Assembly (NCBI GenBank): GCA_951406725.2
Contig: OX597819.1
Span: forward strand, 59,024,001 to 59,088,000
Reading direction: 5' to 3'
DNA length: 64,000 nucleotides
Source of the DNA: Octopus vulgaris
Taxonomy: Eukaryota
Shown: one piece after another, positions 1-55,618 of the stretch
Layout of the letters: each line of letters opens with the position of its first letter
Numbering within the stretch: the first letter of the stretch is position 1
Translations under genes and position numbers: made by a program
Notes under the pieces: model-generated
What the model was told of the DNA's origin: nothing
The model's input: the letters and a program-made list of their open reading frames with translations, nothing else
Databases searched by the model: none

Positions 1-130
1 TAATAAGAAGGTCTGGGAGTCTAAAAGGAAACTGCATGTGTATAGATATGGAGGCACACTAACCATGAGGCAGATAAAAGAGCTTTCAATAATGAATAGA
101 TGAATTAGGTTTTCAAACATAACTGTTATA

Positions 131-350
131 TTAATCTTTTCGCATTTAATCCAGTAATATCTGGCCTAAATATTCTACGTTTTATGTTCAAACTGGCTAC
201 ATCTGACCTCTCACACCAGTTCTACAATGTCATACTAAAAATAAACAATCACATCATCAAAAGTTTGAAGCTATGAGATAATGTATGATTTATTCAAAAC
301 AATGAATAATCATTACATTTGACAGAATAAGCTGAATGCTAAAGGATTAA
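131..350 (+). mobile_element. ~220-bp piggyBac-like MITE
   Basis: TTAA-bounded, degenerate TIR ttaaccctttagcatt/aatgctaaagggttaa; homologous to copies at 1761, 38256 and 45194. Confidence 0.7.
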
Positions 351-1760
351 ATATCTTTGCAATAAAACGAATATTTCAAGTTATTTTTCAGAATTCAAAC
401 CAACTAGGATTTTTAATTATATCCAACAATTTCCTTAGTTTTAAAATCTTTAGCAAAATCAGACTGGTTGATGTTAAGTAAAAACATGTTGTGAAATGGG
501 TTTAAAATACAATAACACAAGATAGGCTGAGGAAGCCATGGAGTAATAACAGAGAATAGATTGCGTAAAAGTAAATTGAAAAGACATATGACACAAGATG
601 TTAAAAGAGATCTTAAAAAAGCTAGGTTCTTCTGATTGGTATGATATCAATGTATGGCAGTCTTTTTAACACTGAGATCAGCATGGAAATAAATAGGGAG
701 AAGAGAACTTGAAAAATCCATGACAATGCAGCCCACATGAGCTAAAAAGGCAGGATTTCCCTAAAGCAACTTCCATTAATGACTTTGAAACTTTAGAAAA
801 AATATATCATAATTGCACAGTTACAACTTGTTAGCAATTTTACCTGAGATTTGTTTTACTTGACTAACCTAACGCAAACATTACTTTGGGAAAGAAAGTA
901 TTTTGAAGTTCCCCCACCCACTAAATTTCATCTGAAATTATACTTTATACATCAAAGCTCTTTGATTAACAAGAACTTCAGTATTTGAACTGCCCAAGAG
1001 CTACAAGCAGTGGGACTTAGCTTCAGCATTAACTAAAACAAGAAATGAATGATTTCTTTTAAATCTTCAAGTCCTAAGCTTAAAAAAGGGTTTTATAATC
1101 CCTTCACTCCTTACTCTAAATGAATTTATTCCCTCATTAACTTTACTTCTACTGCACATTCTCTTACCCTATCACCACACCACTTTATCATCATTATTTC
1201 TGACCCAAGCTGTAAAATCCATTCAACAATTCTGAGAGCTTAATAGTTCTTATTGACCACTTTGCTTCATCTTTCTTCATTTCTGGAGAAAAGATACAAT
1301 GTGAATAATCCCCATAACCTTTCTCACTTCACAACATCCACAAATCTGAAGGAAAGACATGGAGAGAGAATAACTGACTTTATCCACTGACCCCGAAAGA
1401 TAAAAGGTGAAGTAGACCTAAGCAGAATTTGAACTCAGAATACCAAGAGTTGAAGAAAATACTGTAATGCATTCATTCTCTACAATGCTCTGAAGGCTTA
1501 GTTGACTCACCCACATTACAATTACAAGAGGTATGAAGTATCAAGGAAAGGCAATAATTTTGATGACAATAACTTTGGTAGAAGTTCTGCCAGTTCCATT
1601 TCAAGACAACTCCTAGTGGCACTCATCTGACCCCCAACTTACACTTGTGAAACCACAAACTCCATATATGTGGTAGTGTGCCACCTCCTAGGCAGCAGTA
1701 TTCACAAGCCAAATAAACCAGATGAGAGAAGCTGACAACTCAAATTCTTGGTGAAAGTCT

Positions 1761-1984
1761 TTAACCCTTTGGCATTTAGACCAGCCATAACTGGCCTAAA
1801 TATTTTACCTGTTTTATGATCAAATTCAACAGACCTTGCCTCTTACACCTGACCTACAATGTTGTTGAAAACATTATCACATCATTGAAATCTCAAAGCT
1901 ATGAAATAATGCATGATTAATTCAAAACACTGTGAATAAATAAGCATTAGATTTGACAAAGTAAACTGAATACTAAAGAATTAA
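1761..1984 (+). mobile_element. piggyBac-like MITE, same family
   Basis: ttaaccctttggcattt ... aatactaaagaattaa; internal similarity to 131-350. Confidence 0.75.
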
Positions 1985-2123
1985 GGGTTTGTCACCCCAT
2001 GTAAAGGGCTGTGCAGACTAACCCCAACAATAAGTGGCTTAATACAGCTCTATATTTAAAAGATGAGGAATTATGTACATTATTTACATTCGATGGATAT
2101 TTGTCCTCATTTTGTTTGTTGTT

Positions 2124-2169
2124 AACACAATATTTCAGCTGATATACCCTCCAGCCTTCATCAGGTGTC
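2124..2169 (-). ncRNA. Minimal type I hammerhead ribozyme-like motif
   Basis: GACAC CUGAUGA A GGCUG-gaggguauau-CAGCU GAAA UAUU GUGUU: helix I, core, helix II and palindromic helix III (AAUAUU). Confidence 0.7.
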
Positions 2170-2452
2170 TTGGGGAAATTTTGAATCTGGGTTCTCATTC
2201 CTAAGGTATTTTTCAATGTTATTATTATTATTAGTGTTCAGGTTACTGCTTGGAATCGAACTCAGAATCTTGGGGTTAGTAGCCCACACTCTTAACCACA
2301 AGCCATATGCCCCGTAGTGGTTAAGAGTGCGGGTTACTAACCCCAAGATTCCGAGTTCGATTCCAAGCAGTGACCTGAACATTAATAATAATAATAATAA
2401 CAACATCGAAAAATACCTTAGGAATGAGAACCCAGGTTCTAAATTTCCCTAA

Positions 2453-2498
2453 GACACCCGAAGAAGGCTGGAGGGTATATCAGCCGAAACGTTGTGTT
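2453..2498 (+). ncRNA. Minimal hammerhead-like motif with mutated core (CCGAAGA)
   Basis: GACAC CCGAAGA A GGCUG-gaggguauau-CAGCC GAAA CGUU GUGUU. Confidence 0.6.
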
Positions 2499-3911
2499 AA
2501 CAACAAACAAGATGAGGAGAAATATCCGTCGAATGTAAATAATGTGAATAAGTGGTTTAGTTTAGTTTCAAATGAGCAGGAAACCACTGCTCAGTGATGA
2601 CACTTTGGAACATGCAACACAGAGCATAGTGAAACATTTAGATCATCTAGGTTAACCCATTGCATCTCTAGTATGCTTCCAATCAAATCAGCTTCCCAGG
2701 AAGTCAGGGACATATGTGAGGCTGGTTATCCAGTGTAACCCTCTCTCATAAAATCCGACAGCAGAACAAGTCAAGATCTAAGCTTCTTCAAAGCATAAAC
2801 AAACTACAAATATTCTAATTTGTTTCAGCAGTTTTGGTGTTTCTGCTAAATTTATATATTTTTATACTCTCTCTCTCATATAAACATGTTATAAATGATT
2901 TGATACCTTGCAACTGTTTGTACTTCTTTTATTTTATTATATCTACATCAGCTCGACTTGTACATTGCTTATAGCCAACTCTTATTTGTATGGATCGTGT
3001 ATCTTTTCCCTTAACGTCAGATTTTAGACACTTTTAGTCTCAGCACTTATTGTGCCTGTTAAGTTGTCTTTCTAACATTTTCTTGCCTATAACTTACTCA
3101 CATCTATGGTAATGAAATACCATCATCTTCATAGTTTTCTCAATGATGGGGGAGGTGGTAAAGGTGAGAGCAGTCCTTAATTCTCTTGCTGCTCACACAG
3201 AAGTATCCTACATTGATGATGCTCTTTTGAAAATATGAGCTTTGTTGCTTAAAACTTCAAGACAGCTTGAACTAAGCAGACATATATGAAAAATAATTTG
3301 TGCCATAACCATTATGTCTGTCCCCTTCGACTTTACATATCAAGGACTTGATTATCTAATGTGTTCTTATACATTATTGGCTGCTATATTTTGCAGGTCG
3401 AACAACCTCGTAAAGGCTTTCCTGTTGATGCATTGTTTTTCCTATAACTGGTGAAATAACGATTATAGTCTTTGAGATAGCAAAACACGCCAGTTGTTTC
3501 CCTTTAATTTTCTTTTTATTCCTGTTTCAAATATTAACAGACATGAAAAGACGAAAAAAAAAAAAAAAAATGATGGCTCATAATGATGATGACAATCATG
3601 GTGATGATGATGTGAATGATAACAATTAGTAAATTTAACAAACTTGAAAAAGTAAACAATGTAAACCAATAAAACAATGTAAACCAACAAAATTGATCTT
3701 AATCGAATTAACATAGTCAAGAGTTCTTTATTAGTAGTTCTTTATTAGAAATTAGATAAAGGAAAAAGAAACTCATGGGGAACGAGTTGTTTTGCCCATC
3801 AAGAACAGAATTTATGCTTAGTTAAAGCAGTATTTGGCTGAAATATCCATCTAGAACTAGTGTTAAAATATATACAGTAGATAATAAATGAACAATATGT
3901 TTGTGTGTATG

Positions 3912-3972
<61 letters not shown>

Positions 3973-4529
3973 TATATAAATATGTATGTATATATGTATA
4001 CTTTTTCTTTTTATATTTTTGGGGTCAATATTCTTCAAAATCAGATTTTTATGTGAGCAAAAGTTGAAGACAGGATAGGGCTTGGTGTTCAGCAAACAAT
4101 TCACAGCCTGCAGAAAGGAACTAAGAAAAGCTGGGAGTAACAAGGACCTAGAGGAAAAGGATAATGAAAGAAACTTTTTCATTTAAAAAACAAAAAATCG
4201 AATATTTTTCTTTTTTAAACAAAAACGTATTTGAGTTAATGAAAAACACAGCAAAAACATGGAAAGTGATGTATGTCACAAGATTTTCAGATCCAGACAC
4301 AAAATGAAAGTTTGATAAGAAGAAAAACAGAACAAACAAAAAACTACCTTTTTTTCGTTTTTGCAATAAACATTTCTTTTTCTTTTATCATTATTATTCA
4401 TGTTCAAATTGTCCTCTCTTTTTTTTTTTAACGTTTTCCACATATTATAAGACAACTACAGTAGAAAAATGAAACAATTTTATCTTCAAATGAGAGTTAC
4501 TATACAACAATCACAATTTTGTTCAAAAA

Positions 4530-4577
<48 letters not shown>

Positions 4578-6092
4578 GTGAAATGGTAGAATCATTAGAG
4601 TGTCAGAGAGAATGCCTTGCAGTATTTTCTCCAGCTTTCTGTGCTCCAAGGTTCAAATCCTGCCACGGTCAACTTTGTCCTCCATCCTTCCAAGAGTAAT
4701 AAAGTACCAGTCAGGTACTTTATCAATATCGAAAACCCGACTCTTCTCTATCTATTTCTCTCCCTTTCTTCCACAATTTCTTAGAATGGGGTACATTACA
4801 CTAGAATAAGCATCTTGGGAAGGAGGCACCATAAGCAGTGACCTTTTTTCCAGAAATGTTGAATGGTTGGGTAAGGGACTAGCAACCCCTTCTCATAGAA
4901 AAACTGATATGCTGCTTCTACAATCATCCAAGCACAAATTAATGCACAGTGGAGCCAGAGGAGCACAGAATGGAAATAAAGATTATATATATATATATAT
5001 ATATATATATAATGAATATGTATACTTGCACACACATACACGCACAAAAGCATTATACACACACTCACACAAGGATGGACATGGCTTCAAACTGCAATGA
5101 AGGCAACTCTTTTCAGAATTTGGGTAACCTAAACAACTGCAACAATTAACAAAAATGGCTCTGCCCTAACCATGCAAGAGGGTCACAAACTCACCTAGCC
5201 TCAGGAAAGGCAGCTCATCTAGAAGAAGCAGGACACTTTAGTCTTGACAGTGCAGGTGGCACAATAAAATACACCCAACCCATATTGTAAAGTGGCTGGT
5301 AATAAGTACCCGGCCCCAAAACAAATGGTGCTGGACAAAAACAAAAACCTGTTCATGCAAGCTTTAGAAAATTGGACATTAAAATTACAATCATGTTGAT
5401 GTTTATGTGTGTGTGTGTAAAATGGGAAATTCAATATGAAATCCCAGAGTTAAAATTGGAGGGTACGATTGTATTCAAATGAAAAAAAAAAACATAATAA
5501 TTGCAAACAAAGAATCTGTAGGGGGCAATCCCCAAAATATCTAACCATGAATGCATTTACTTCATTGCCTGCAGCTATGGAACACTGTACGCATAGGGAA
5601 TACATTAATGGCAATTATTAATTCATTTAGCACAGTGCCAGCATGTGCTCAATTCACACTCCATTGTTTCAAATTATTAATTTCAAGAGATTAAGGTTTA
5701 AACTGTGAAACTTACATTATCTTCAGTTTTACATCCTGACAATGAAAGTATGGATGTAAAATAATTAATATATGACAACATTTACATTATAAGTAACCAA
5801 CTGAACTTAGAGTTGCATTATGCAAGATTGAATATATTACTAAATTTTAACTACAATTAGAAGTCACATTAAATTCATATTGTTCTCATATATATATACA
5901 CACATGCACACACACATATACATTCACATACAAATATTTATACAGACTCACACACACACATATATATATATATATAAACATTTTATATGTGTATACACTT
6001 GTATAGTTTGCATGTGTATATTTATGTATGTGTAAGTATAAATATAATACATGTGATATGTGTGTATATATATAGACACACACAAATAATTA

Positions 6093-6129
<37 letters not shown>

Positions 6130-6784
6130 TGCTCATATATAAAGAAAATAGGGTTAGTCTTATGGATATAGGGCAGTTTTATTAGTGCTACAGTAATGAT
6201 CAAAATATTTCACCAGCTGGAGTGAATTTGTAGCATGGAGGATGAGATTTAACAAATTTTTTAAATTTTCATGTTTCAGTGCATTCTTTCTTCATCCTGA
6301 CTTAACATCAAAGAGCAATTCAACCTATAAATGAAAATAATTTATCTGGCATGGCCGTTGTTCTTTAACCAGTGTATGAGAGAGGTGTGGTGGCATACAC
6401 ACAAATTAGTTTCAATTATCATTAAGCAAAATTAATGGTTTAAAAACTGAAATACATAAATATATAAAACATTAACAAAAAAATAACATAATAAAACATT
6501 CACGGATATACTGTTAGACAAGAAACCAGGTAAATAACAGGACTGTACAAATCGATATCTGTTCATTTAAAAATTTTATTACACAAGAGATGCAACTGCA
6601 TGTGTGAAGTCTCAAAATATTCTGCATTATTATTCTGAATACGCTTTTTTTTTTTTCTTTTTCCATTATTTTCGATAAAGAGCAGGTCATATGTGAGAAA
6701 GGGAAGGGTAACAATTCAGCCAACAGCTAAAAGTTTCACGGTTTCCAATAAAAACATTAGTTTGAAATAAACATACAGATAGAT

Positions 6785-6828
<44 letters not shown>

Positions 6829-6932
6829 AATGTCACTGTTAAGTGAGATATTTTCAAAATAGTCCTTTTCTCAAAAAAAAAAATCAATTTTAAAAAGTAC
6901 TTAATCATCAATTTAATATAAATCCATTGTTA

Positions 6933-6976
<44 letters not shown>

Positions 6977-7982
6977 TAAAGAATACAGAAGATCAAAAAT
7001 GAAATATTTAGTATCTTAATAAAAATCAAGAAATCGGTATGATTTTTATGGAAGAAATTTGCATCCAAAGACTTTGTGTGCATAGTTTTTGACAATAACA
7101 ATATGGAGTAGAGATACAGGATCCTGTACTTAGTTGGCACTGATCACCAACCAGCAAAAATAGCCTTATGAGCTGATCAGTAGGTCAACTAAGTAAAACA
7201 ACACTGCCACAGTTGGGAAGTCATCGTAGAGCAACCAGTTTCATTATAACCAATAATAACAATTGAAAAACGAGAGCCCAGATTCCCAAGGCATTTCAGT
7301 CATTTTAACAGTAAAATTGCTGGTCTGACCACTTTTGAGTACTGATGAGAGCTAATAGACAGATATAATATAGAAAATAATAGTGTTGTATTGGATACTT
7401 ATGGCAGGTAGTCGTAGTAGTTGTAATAGTAATAGTAGTAGTATAGAGAAAACTGACAAGCATCTAAGTTTAAGCTAATGTTTAGTTTTTAATCAAAACC
7501 TGAATGACAACAATTTTAATTAACTAAAATACAAAATGTAGCCAATGCTAAAACACTTACCCTAACAAAGTACTAAATACAAAATAATTCAGATGCCATA
7601 AAATATTTGCTGATGTATTACACAATTAACATTTTTGAATTAAATAATAATTTAACTTATAGACTGTATTATGAGGAATATTAATGTGTAATTATGTGTG
7701 TAAGGTGTAGGAGAGAGAAAGACTCGATAAGAAGGTCGTTTATAATGAGTAAAGGGGTTGTGTACACCCAAACAGAAGTTAGGAAGTCTGAAGAAAGAAA
7801 AAAAATTTCATCTTCATAAATTTAGCAAAATTTAAACATTTTCAAATGAATCAAAAAATTCAGAAGTTCTCTTTTAAATAACTGAGAAAAACTTTTTAGA
7901 ATATTCAACCCCAAAAACATTACCAAAGATAACAAAACCAGTATTTTCTACTGGGGAAAAAAAAACATCCATCCTCAAATAT

Positions 7983-8250
7983 CAGGTCAGATGTGGGGGG
8001 CACATGCACCACATTGCTGCATTCACCATCTGTTGGTATTTTCCTGGGTCCTCCCAGGCAAGTTGTCAAGCAGGGTCCCAGTCAGTCCCCGTCTCTGCAA
8101 GACACCTCCTCATCTGCCATGACTGTATGGCGTGCAGTTGACCAACATGAGCCACCAACCCAGTCAGGTCCTCAGAGAAGAGAACACAGAAAGCAGGGTC
8201 TAATTCAGAAAATCAAGCAACATGACCAAACAGTTTGAACTGGTGCTCCG
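7983..8250 (-). mobile_element. RTE-like LINE 3' fragment
   Basis: Minus translation HQFKLFGHVA*FSELDPAF...AWEDPGKYQQMVNAAM resembles the RTE ORF C-terminus. Confidence 0.6.
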
Positions 8251-10314
8251 GAATCATACAACAATAAGATCAACAATAAATTATTATTTCTTTACGAAAT
8301 AAAATTAAAAAAATAGCATATATCTTTGTTGTGTGTATGTGTGTATGTGTGTGTGTGTGTCCCCGTCCGTCCGTCCGTCCCCACTCAAAATAGGGGCTTT
8401 AATGGGTTTAATGTGTATAGGAAAACTAATGAACAGTGTTATAATTCTTTAACTAACACAAAATAAAGTAATGGAAAATTCTGATATATTTTAAGTAAAT
8501 ACTAGAGAGAAATTAGGGTACAATTTCTTGGTAGAATTCAGAAGTGAGTGTAATGTGAAGAAGAGCTTTGAAGAAGTGTATATAAAATGGTTAGATATAT
8601 ACCTAATATTATTACCAAAGATTTAACCATTCTCTGTAACTCCAAACCGATACAAACACAAAAAAAAGATAACAAAATAATCAGTGGAGCATCAGACAAA
8701 ATACTTCCATGACATTTGATTACCTCCCTTCTACAGTCTGACTTCAAATCCTAGCTAGGTCTCCACTTTGCCTGTCATTCTTGAGGTCAATAAAATAAAT
8801 ATTGGGGAGAGTGGGGATAATCAGTGTAATACACTAGAAGTGCTATAGCATGGCTACAATCTAATGGCTGAAACCACAAAAGGAATATATATGTATTCAT
8901 TCAAAATTGATAATTCAATCTTTCATCTGTTCATCTTGTCACCTGAACAAATGAACAACAAGGGAATTATTAGCTTCAAACGGATAAACCCTACTATGCA
9001 TATCCTCTATCCTTTTACTCATTTTCATTTGTGCATGCATGTATGTATGTATCAAAATAAAATGACTAAAGGGAAAGACCTGACAGAAGCACCATCTCCA
9101 CAATGACACAAACGTTAAGAAACTAGTATCATTACATCGTTAACCAACTCTAACTAGTGAAACTCAAACTGAGCGAGCCAAAAGGCAGGGGTGTTAATTT
9201 GTAAAGATCTTCTGTGTATACTCTGTATGGAATTTTTTGAAGCTAGGCACACAAAATACTACAAATGCTTTTGTTTTGTTTTGTTTTTTTAACTTTTCCC
9301 TTTTTCCTGATTAAAACATTTTTTGTTGTATCTTTTTTTTTTTTACACAAACTGATAAAATTAAAAAAAAATAAGAAAATGGAATTAGTAACAAAAAAGT
9401 GAGTGTGAATAGAAGCTACTGTGCTAAACTGGATACAGAACTTGAAAGAAGCAAACCCACCCAATGTCTGATGGAAGGACCACAGCCTAATTTTTTTTTT
9501 CATTTTTGTCAATTTTAAAGAGTAAAGTAATAAAAAAAATATTGAAATTATTAAAACTTTGAATCAGACAAATAGAAATATTAAAATAATTACTAACCTA
9601 CTTTTTCTGGCATTCAGGCAATGCTTTTTTTTTTTTTTTTGCTTTTTTATAGTTTTAAATTGATGGACATATGTTCACAAATTCAACTCTGATCAAACTA
9701 TTAGATTAAAATAACAACAACTTCTTATACAGGTACATAAAAATATGACAGATTTCAGAAGAGGGCAAGTTTTTATGCCAATGCTCTTACATTGCAACTA
9801 GATTGTCTTTCAAACTAACAGAGAAATCACCATACATTCGTAGTTGCCACAAGATCAGAGACATGAAATTCTGGTCACCAGAAATTAGGTTATACTGGCT
9901 CAAAGATAGAATTAGAAAACTTTATTTTGTTTTAAATTGGGGGCTTAATTTTGTTTTGCTTTTGGGTATTTTTTTCATTTTCTTTATTTTTTTCATTATT
10001 TTGTTTCACTCAAGAATGGCTAACACACAGTGTCAATTTTTATTTAACTAATGTAACCAAGGTATGAAAATTTACCTCAGGTCACCACTGCATCTCACAT
10101 TCTTCATTCACAAATACTGCATCATAATACATTATCCTGACAAAGCACAACTGGTCTGCACAATACCAGGAGAAAGAAAAAAGAAAAAAAAACTTTCCTG
10201 TAGGTATCAAAAGTAAGCAACGAAAAGATATAAAAAAAAAAAGAAAATAGTAAAGAAAGAAATTTTAAAAAAAGCAAAGTTAGGAAAGTTTCGAAATTAA
10301 AAATAAAACTGAAG

Positions 10315-10352
<38 letters not shown>

Positions 10353-10542
10353 CAGAAATCTCAGTACACCAAATCCATGGCATGGCATCAGTTAGCTGAG
10401 GAATGTTTAGCTCCACAGAAAATGTGACAAATGAATAAAAGAGAGTGGTAAAAGGATGGCTGGGCACAACCACGAAAGTTCCGTTTTTGCGCTTCGGCTG
10501 GCACATTGCCAGTTGAACTACCAACAAAGTGGTTTAAGTATT

Positions 10543-10578
<36 letters not shown>

Positions 10579-11424
10579 CAAATAAACAGGTGTCTTATGA
10601 TTAAGTCTTTCACAGCAAAGAGATCTGTGTAGCTATACAATGAGATTTATTACATTCCACAACAAATCTCTGTTTGATGCAAAAGAGGAAGCTATTTTCT
10701 ATATAATTGTTTACACGTGTGTATGCATATATATATACACACACACACACATACACGCACACAAACACATATGCACACATGCAGGGTAGCTAGACACACA
10801 AATGAGTTTCACAGGGCACATCTTAATTTCTTTAGGTGAAGCATTTAATCATTTACAGAGCTATATAACTAACCAAAAATATGTGTATGTATTTACATAT
10901 ATATGTATGCACACGCACAAACAGCTTTATATGTATGTACACTAACTCTCACATGCATATATACATATACACATATCATTATATACATACACATCAATAT
11001 ATATTTATGAGATATGTCTGCCATATCAAAAATTAACAGTCCACTTCAGGTACCTGGCTGATCAGAAAAGATCACCATTTCTTGATATGATAAACACATC
11101 TGTTCCCTTAGCCAATGAATTTAGTATTAATCAGATAATACTTACATATATATACTTTTACAATATATACATTATATGATTTTACATATATTAGCACACA
11201 TGCAAATTCTAGCCTAACAAAATACACACCTGGTTTTAACCAAAGTTGCATCAGAGACAGAGAGAGAGCTCTGGCAAACCTCCAGGTAATACAGAATATA
11301 TATTTTGTCAGACTCATTGCTTTAGATCAAAGGTATTGACACTAAAACATAACCCCTTGAATTCTTTATTTTAAGTGGCCTGGCTATTCCTATAAACTGT
11401 TAATCGCTATGGTGTGTGTGTGTG

Positions 11425-11466
<42 letters not shown>

Positions 11467-11470
11467 CATA

Positions 11471-11516
<46 letters not shown>

Positions 11517-11958
11517 CATTGATATATACACATATGTATACACATATATGCACAAATATATAGAGATATATGTATAAACATATAGATAGACAGAGATAGA
11601 TAGATAGATAGATACACACACACACACAAGGACAAAATATATTGATATTCAGACCAAATACTCTTAAGTTTTTCTCTTCTAGGTGGCCTAACCGCTCCCC
11701 CCCCCCAACCTAGATGTTTACATATATAGCATTCATATGCACACACACACACACATACACACAGATACACAAACAAATATGTATATGTAAGTAAGTGTAA
11801 TTATATAACATTTTTATTGGGCTGCAATTATTAAGGGTATAAGCTTTCAAACAACTGTTTGGGCAAAATATTTTTGATTCTATCAACTTAAATCTGCATC
11901 CTTGAAGTGGGGAAAGTGGGGGAAAGGGGAATCAGGAGTCAAGACATAAAGGAATGGT

Positions 11959-52946
<40,988 letters not shown>

Positions 52947-54535
52947 CTGAAAATGGCAAAGAGGGAAGAGATGGGAGTAACTGGAGAGATATTTTAAATG
53001 TCTGGTCAATGAGGGCTGATGGATCAAGAAAAAGTCTATTTGCTAAGATGTTGATGGTGGAGTTAAAAATAACAATCATATAAAACATTACATATTGCTT
53101 ACTCAGAAGGACTTGAGAGGGGGAGAGAGAGAGAGAGAGATGAGGGTACAGAGTATACCTTCTATATAAATCTGTTCATATTTATTTTATAACCATATCA
53201 CCAGAAAGAATTCTCTTAAGGTTAATATATCTCAACTTCAGTAAATAACAGCATAGCTGCAATATATCTAATACAGGAGCTACTCAGACTACTTTATTCT
53301 ATACTCATCAACAAAACTACTTAGCTATCAAAAATGAAGAGGATATATTTAAAGTAGATATAAAAATTATTTCTACAACAACCAACAGGAAGATCTAATT
53401 AAACATAGTTGTATCCAATGCAATGAGAATAGACTTAATGTGTTGTATCTTTCAACAGAAGGATATAATATACAGTATTTTCGTTAGTGTGAGAATATAC
53501 TCAATATGTTGTACTTTTTCTTTCTTTTTTGCTGCTAAGTCAGAGAGAGACAGTAGCACCCATTACCCATTATTTCTTCAGGGATTCTGATGGGTGGAAG
53601 TCATACGCAAACTGAAGACTTGTCATGAAGGCTTGCCACAGAGTAAATACTGCTAAAGGTACTCAATGATCAGGTGGTGGTGCAAACCAGGCTATGGACT
53701 ATGTCTACTACCCAAAAAACTCAGAATTCAAAGGGTCAGAACAATTAGAACAAGGCATCTCATCTCATACCCAAATAATTCGCTGTCCTGGACTTGTACT
53801 CAAAAGTATGAAAAGCAAAGTTGACCTCAGCAGGATCTGAACCCCAAGCACAAAAAGCTGGAACATATATCTCAAGGAGTTTTACCAATGCTCTAATGGC
53901 TCTGTTAATTCACTGCCAAAACCAAATGTAGACTCATCATTTATCACACCCATCAAACAGGATACAGTTCATATATAATGTTCCCATCAATATGAAAATA
54001 TACTCAATATATATTGCATCCATCAACCAGAAGACATATAATCTGTATGTCTTGTATTCATCAATATAGGGATGATCATCAACAATTAACATCATTTTAA
54101 TGTATACTTTTCCAAACTTACATGGGCCAGATAGAGTATACTGGAGCAGGTTTTTCAATGGCCAGATGCCCTTCTTGTCGCCAGCCCATTCCCCTGTTTC
54201 CAAGCAAGGCAATGGTACCCCACAACTAGATATGTTCTAGCAGAATATTGGGAATGAATAACACTGCTTTGTATGACAGTGACACTCATTACAATTATCA
54301 CATGTCAAGAGAAAGAGATACAAACACATACACATACTCATAGTTCACAACCAGACTATCATTGAAATAAAATACTGAAGTTAAATAACATCATGGACAT
54401 TATATATTATTCAGTCAACTCCCCCAGCAATCATATATTATAGAGCTGAATCAAAGAAAACACATTCTCAGTAACTGCTGACAAAAATAAAGTGGTCCTA
54501 GAAAATGTGGATGCTTAGCAATTTACCCTGTAAAC

Positions 54536-55545
54536 CAGTGTCTCTCAACCTTTTTACTCTTGTGTAACACTTAAAATAAATTACATGTCTCAAGGAACCC
54601 CTGTACAAAAAAAAATTATATGCTATATCTTTTTCATATTTTTCTCATCGTAGTTCATGTGGTAAATATCATATATATATATGAACAGTATTTTATTATT
54701 CTTGAAAAACTTGTTTATATTAATGGTGTTGAAACAGGAGTAATTTATGAGATGTGCCATTTGTTTCTATAAAATAATAAAATTGAATTGAATTTATCAT
54801 TTAAATGATTAAATTATTTAATTGTTCATTTTATTATTTTGGTTTCCATTTCTAATTCATATATATATATATATATATATTTTATATTGAGGCATGTGAA
54901 ATCGAAATCAAATTCGATGACAGCACCGCATGACTGGCATCTGTGGTAGTGGAGCACAAAGAGCACCATACGAGCATGATTGTTGCCAGGACCGCTGACT
55001 GGCCCCCATGCTGGTGGCACATAAAAAGCACCCAGCATCGCCTTACTGGTGAAAAACAACATTCAAGCGAGGGCATTGCTAGTGCCGCTGGAGTGGCTCC
55101 TGTGCAGATGACACATAAAAACACTACTTGAGCGTGGCAGTTGCCAGTACCACCTGGCTGGCCCTTGTGCCAGTGGCACGTAAAAGCACCCACTACACTC
55201 TAAGAGTGGTTGGCGTTAGGAAGTGCATCTAGCTGTAGAAACTCAGCCAGATCAGATTGGAGCCTGGTGCAGCCATCTGGCTCACCAGTCCCTAGTCAAA
55301 CCGTCCAACACATACCAGCATGGAAAGCAAATGTTAAACGATGATGATGATGATGATGATATATATATATATATATATATGGGTGTTATATTTTTTTGAT
55401 AACATAATAGGCTAGATATATTACAATAACCAATAATAAGTTGTGCATGTATAGTAATACTACAATCATGAAAGTAGCATTAGCTTATCTCACTCCTTCT
55501 TGTGGAACCCTAGGGCTCCAGGGAACCCCAGTTGAGAAAACGTTG
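54536..55545. mobile_element. hAT (Charlie-like) non-autonomous element containing a nested retroposon
   Basis: TIR cagtgtctctcaac / gttgagaaaacgttg; 8-bp TSD CTGTA(A/G)AC; nested insert ~54890-55360. Confidence 0.7.
54890..55360 (+). mobile_element. (GAT)n-tailed retroposon copy nested in the hAT element
   Basis: Repeated (g)gcac(a/g)taaaaagcacc units, then the conserved 3' end and (GAT)n. Confidence 0.78.
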
Positions 55546-55561
55546 CTGTAGACACTGCACA

Positions 55562-55618
<57 letters not shown>

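Larger units (their letters stand above)
2042..2546. mobile_element. Fold-back composite: tRNA-headed, hammerhead-bearing SINE-like element plus inverted copy
   Basis: Inverted arms ~2077-2299 and ~2317-2545. A-box-like head and B box GAGTTCGATTCC in each arm. Flanking 13-bp duplication AATAAGTGG(C/T)TTA at 2029-2041 and 2547-2559. Confidence 0.85.

Noticed and set aside
2245-2372. tRNA-like sequences (also 32140, 37560-37630, 37855, 44425, 22690-22760)
   Set aside because: They have A/B boxes but no complete cloverleaf or acceptor stem and continue into repeat bodies, so they are SINE heads rather than tRNA genes.
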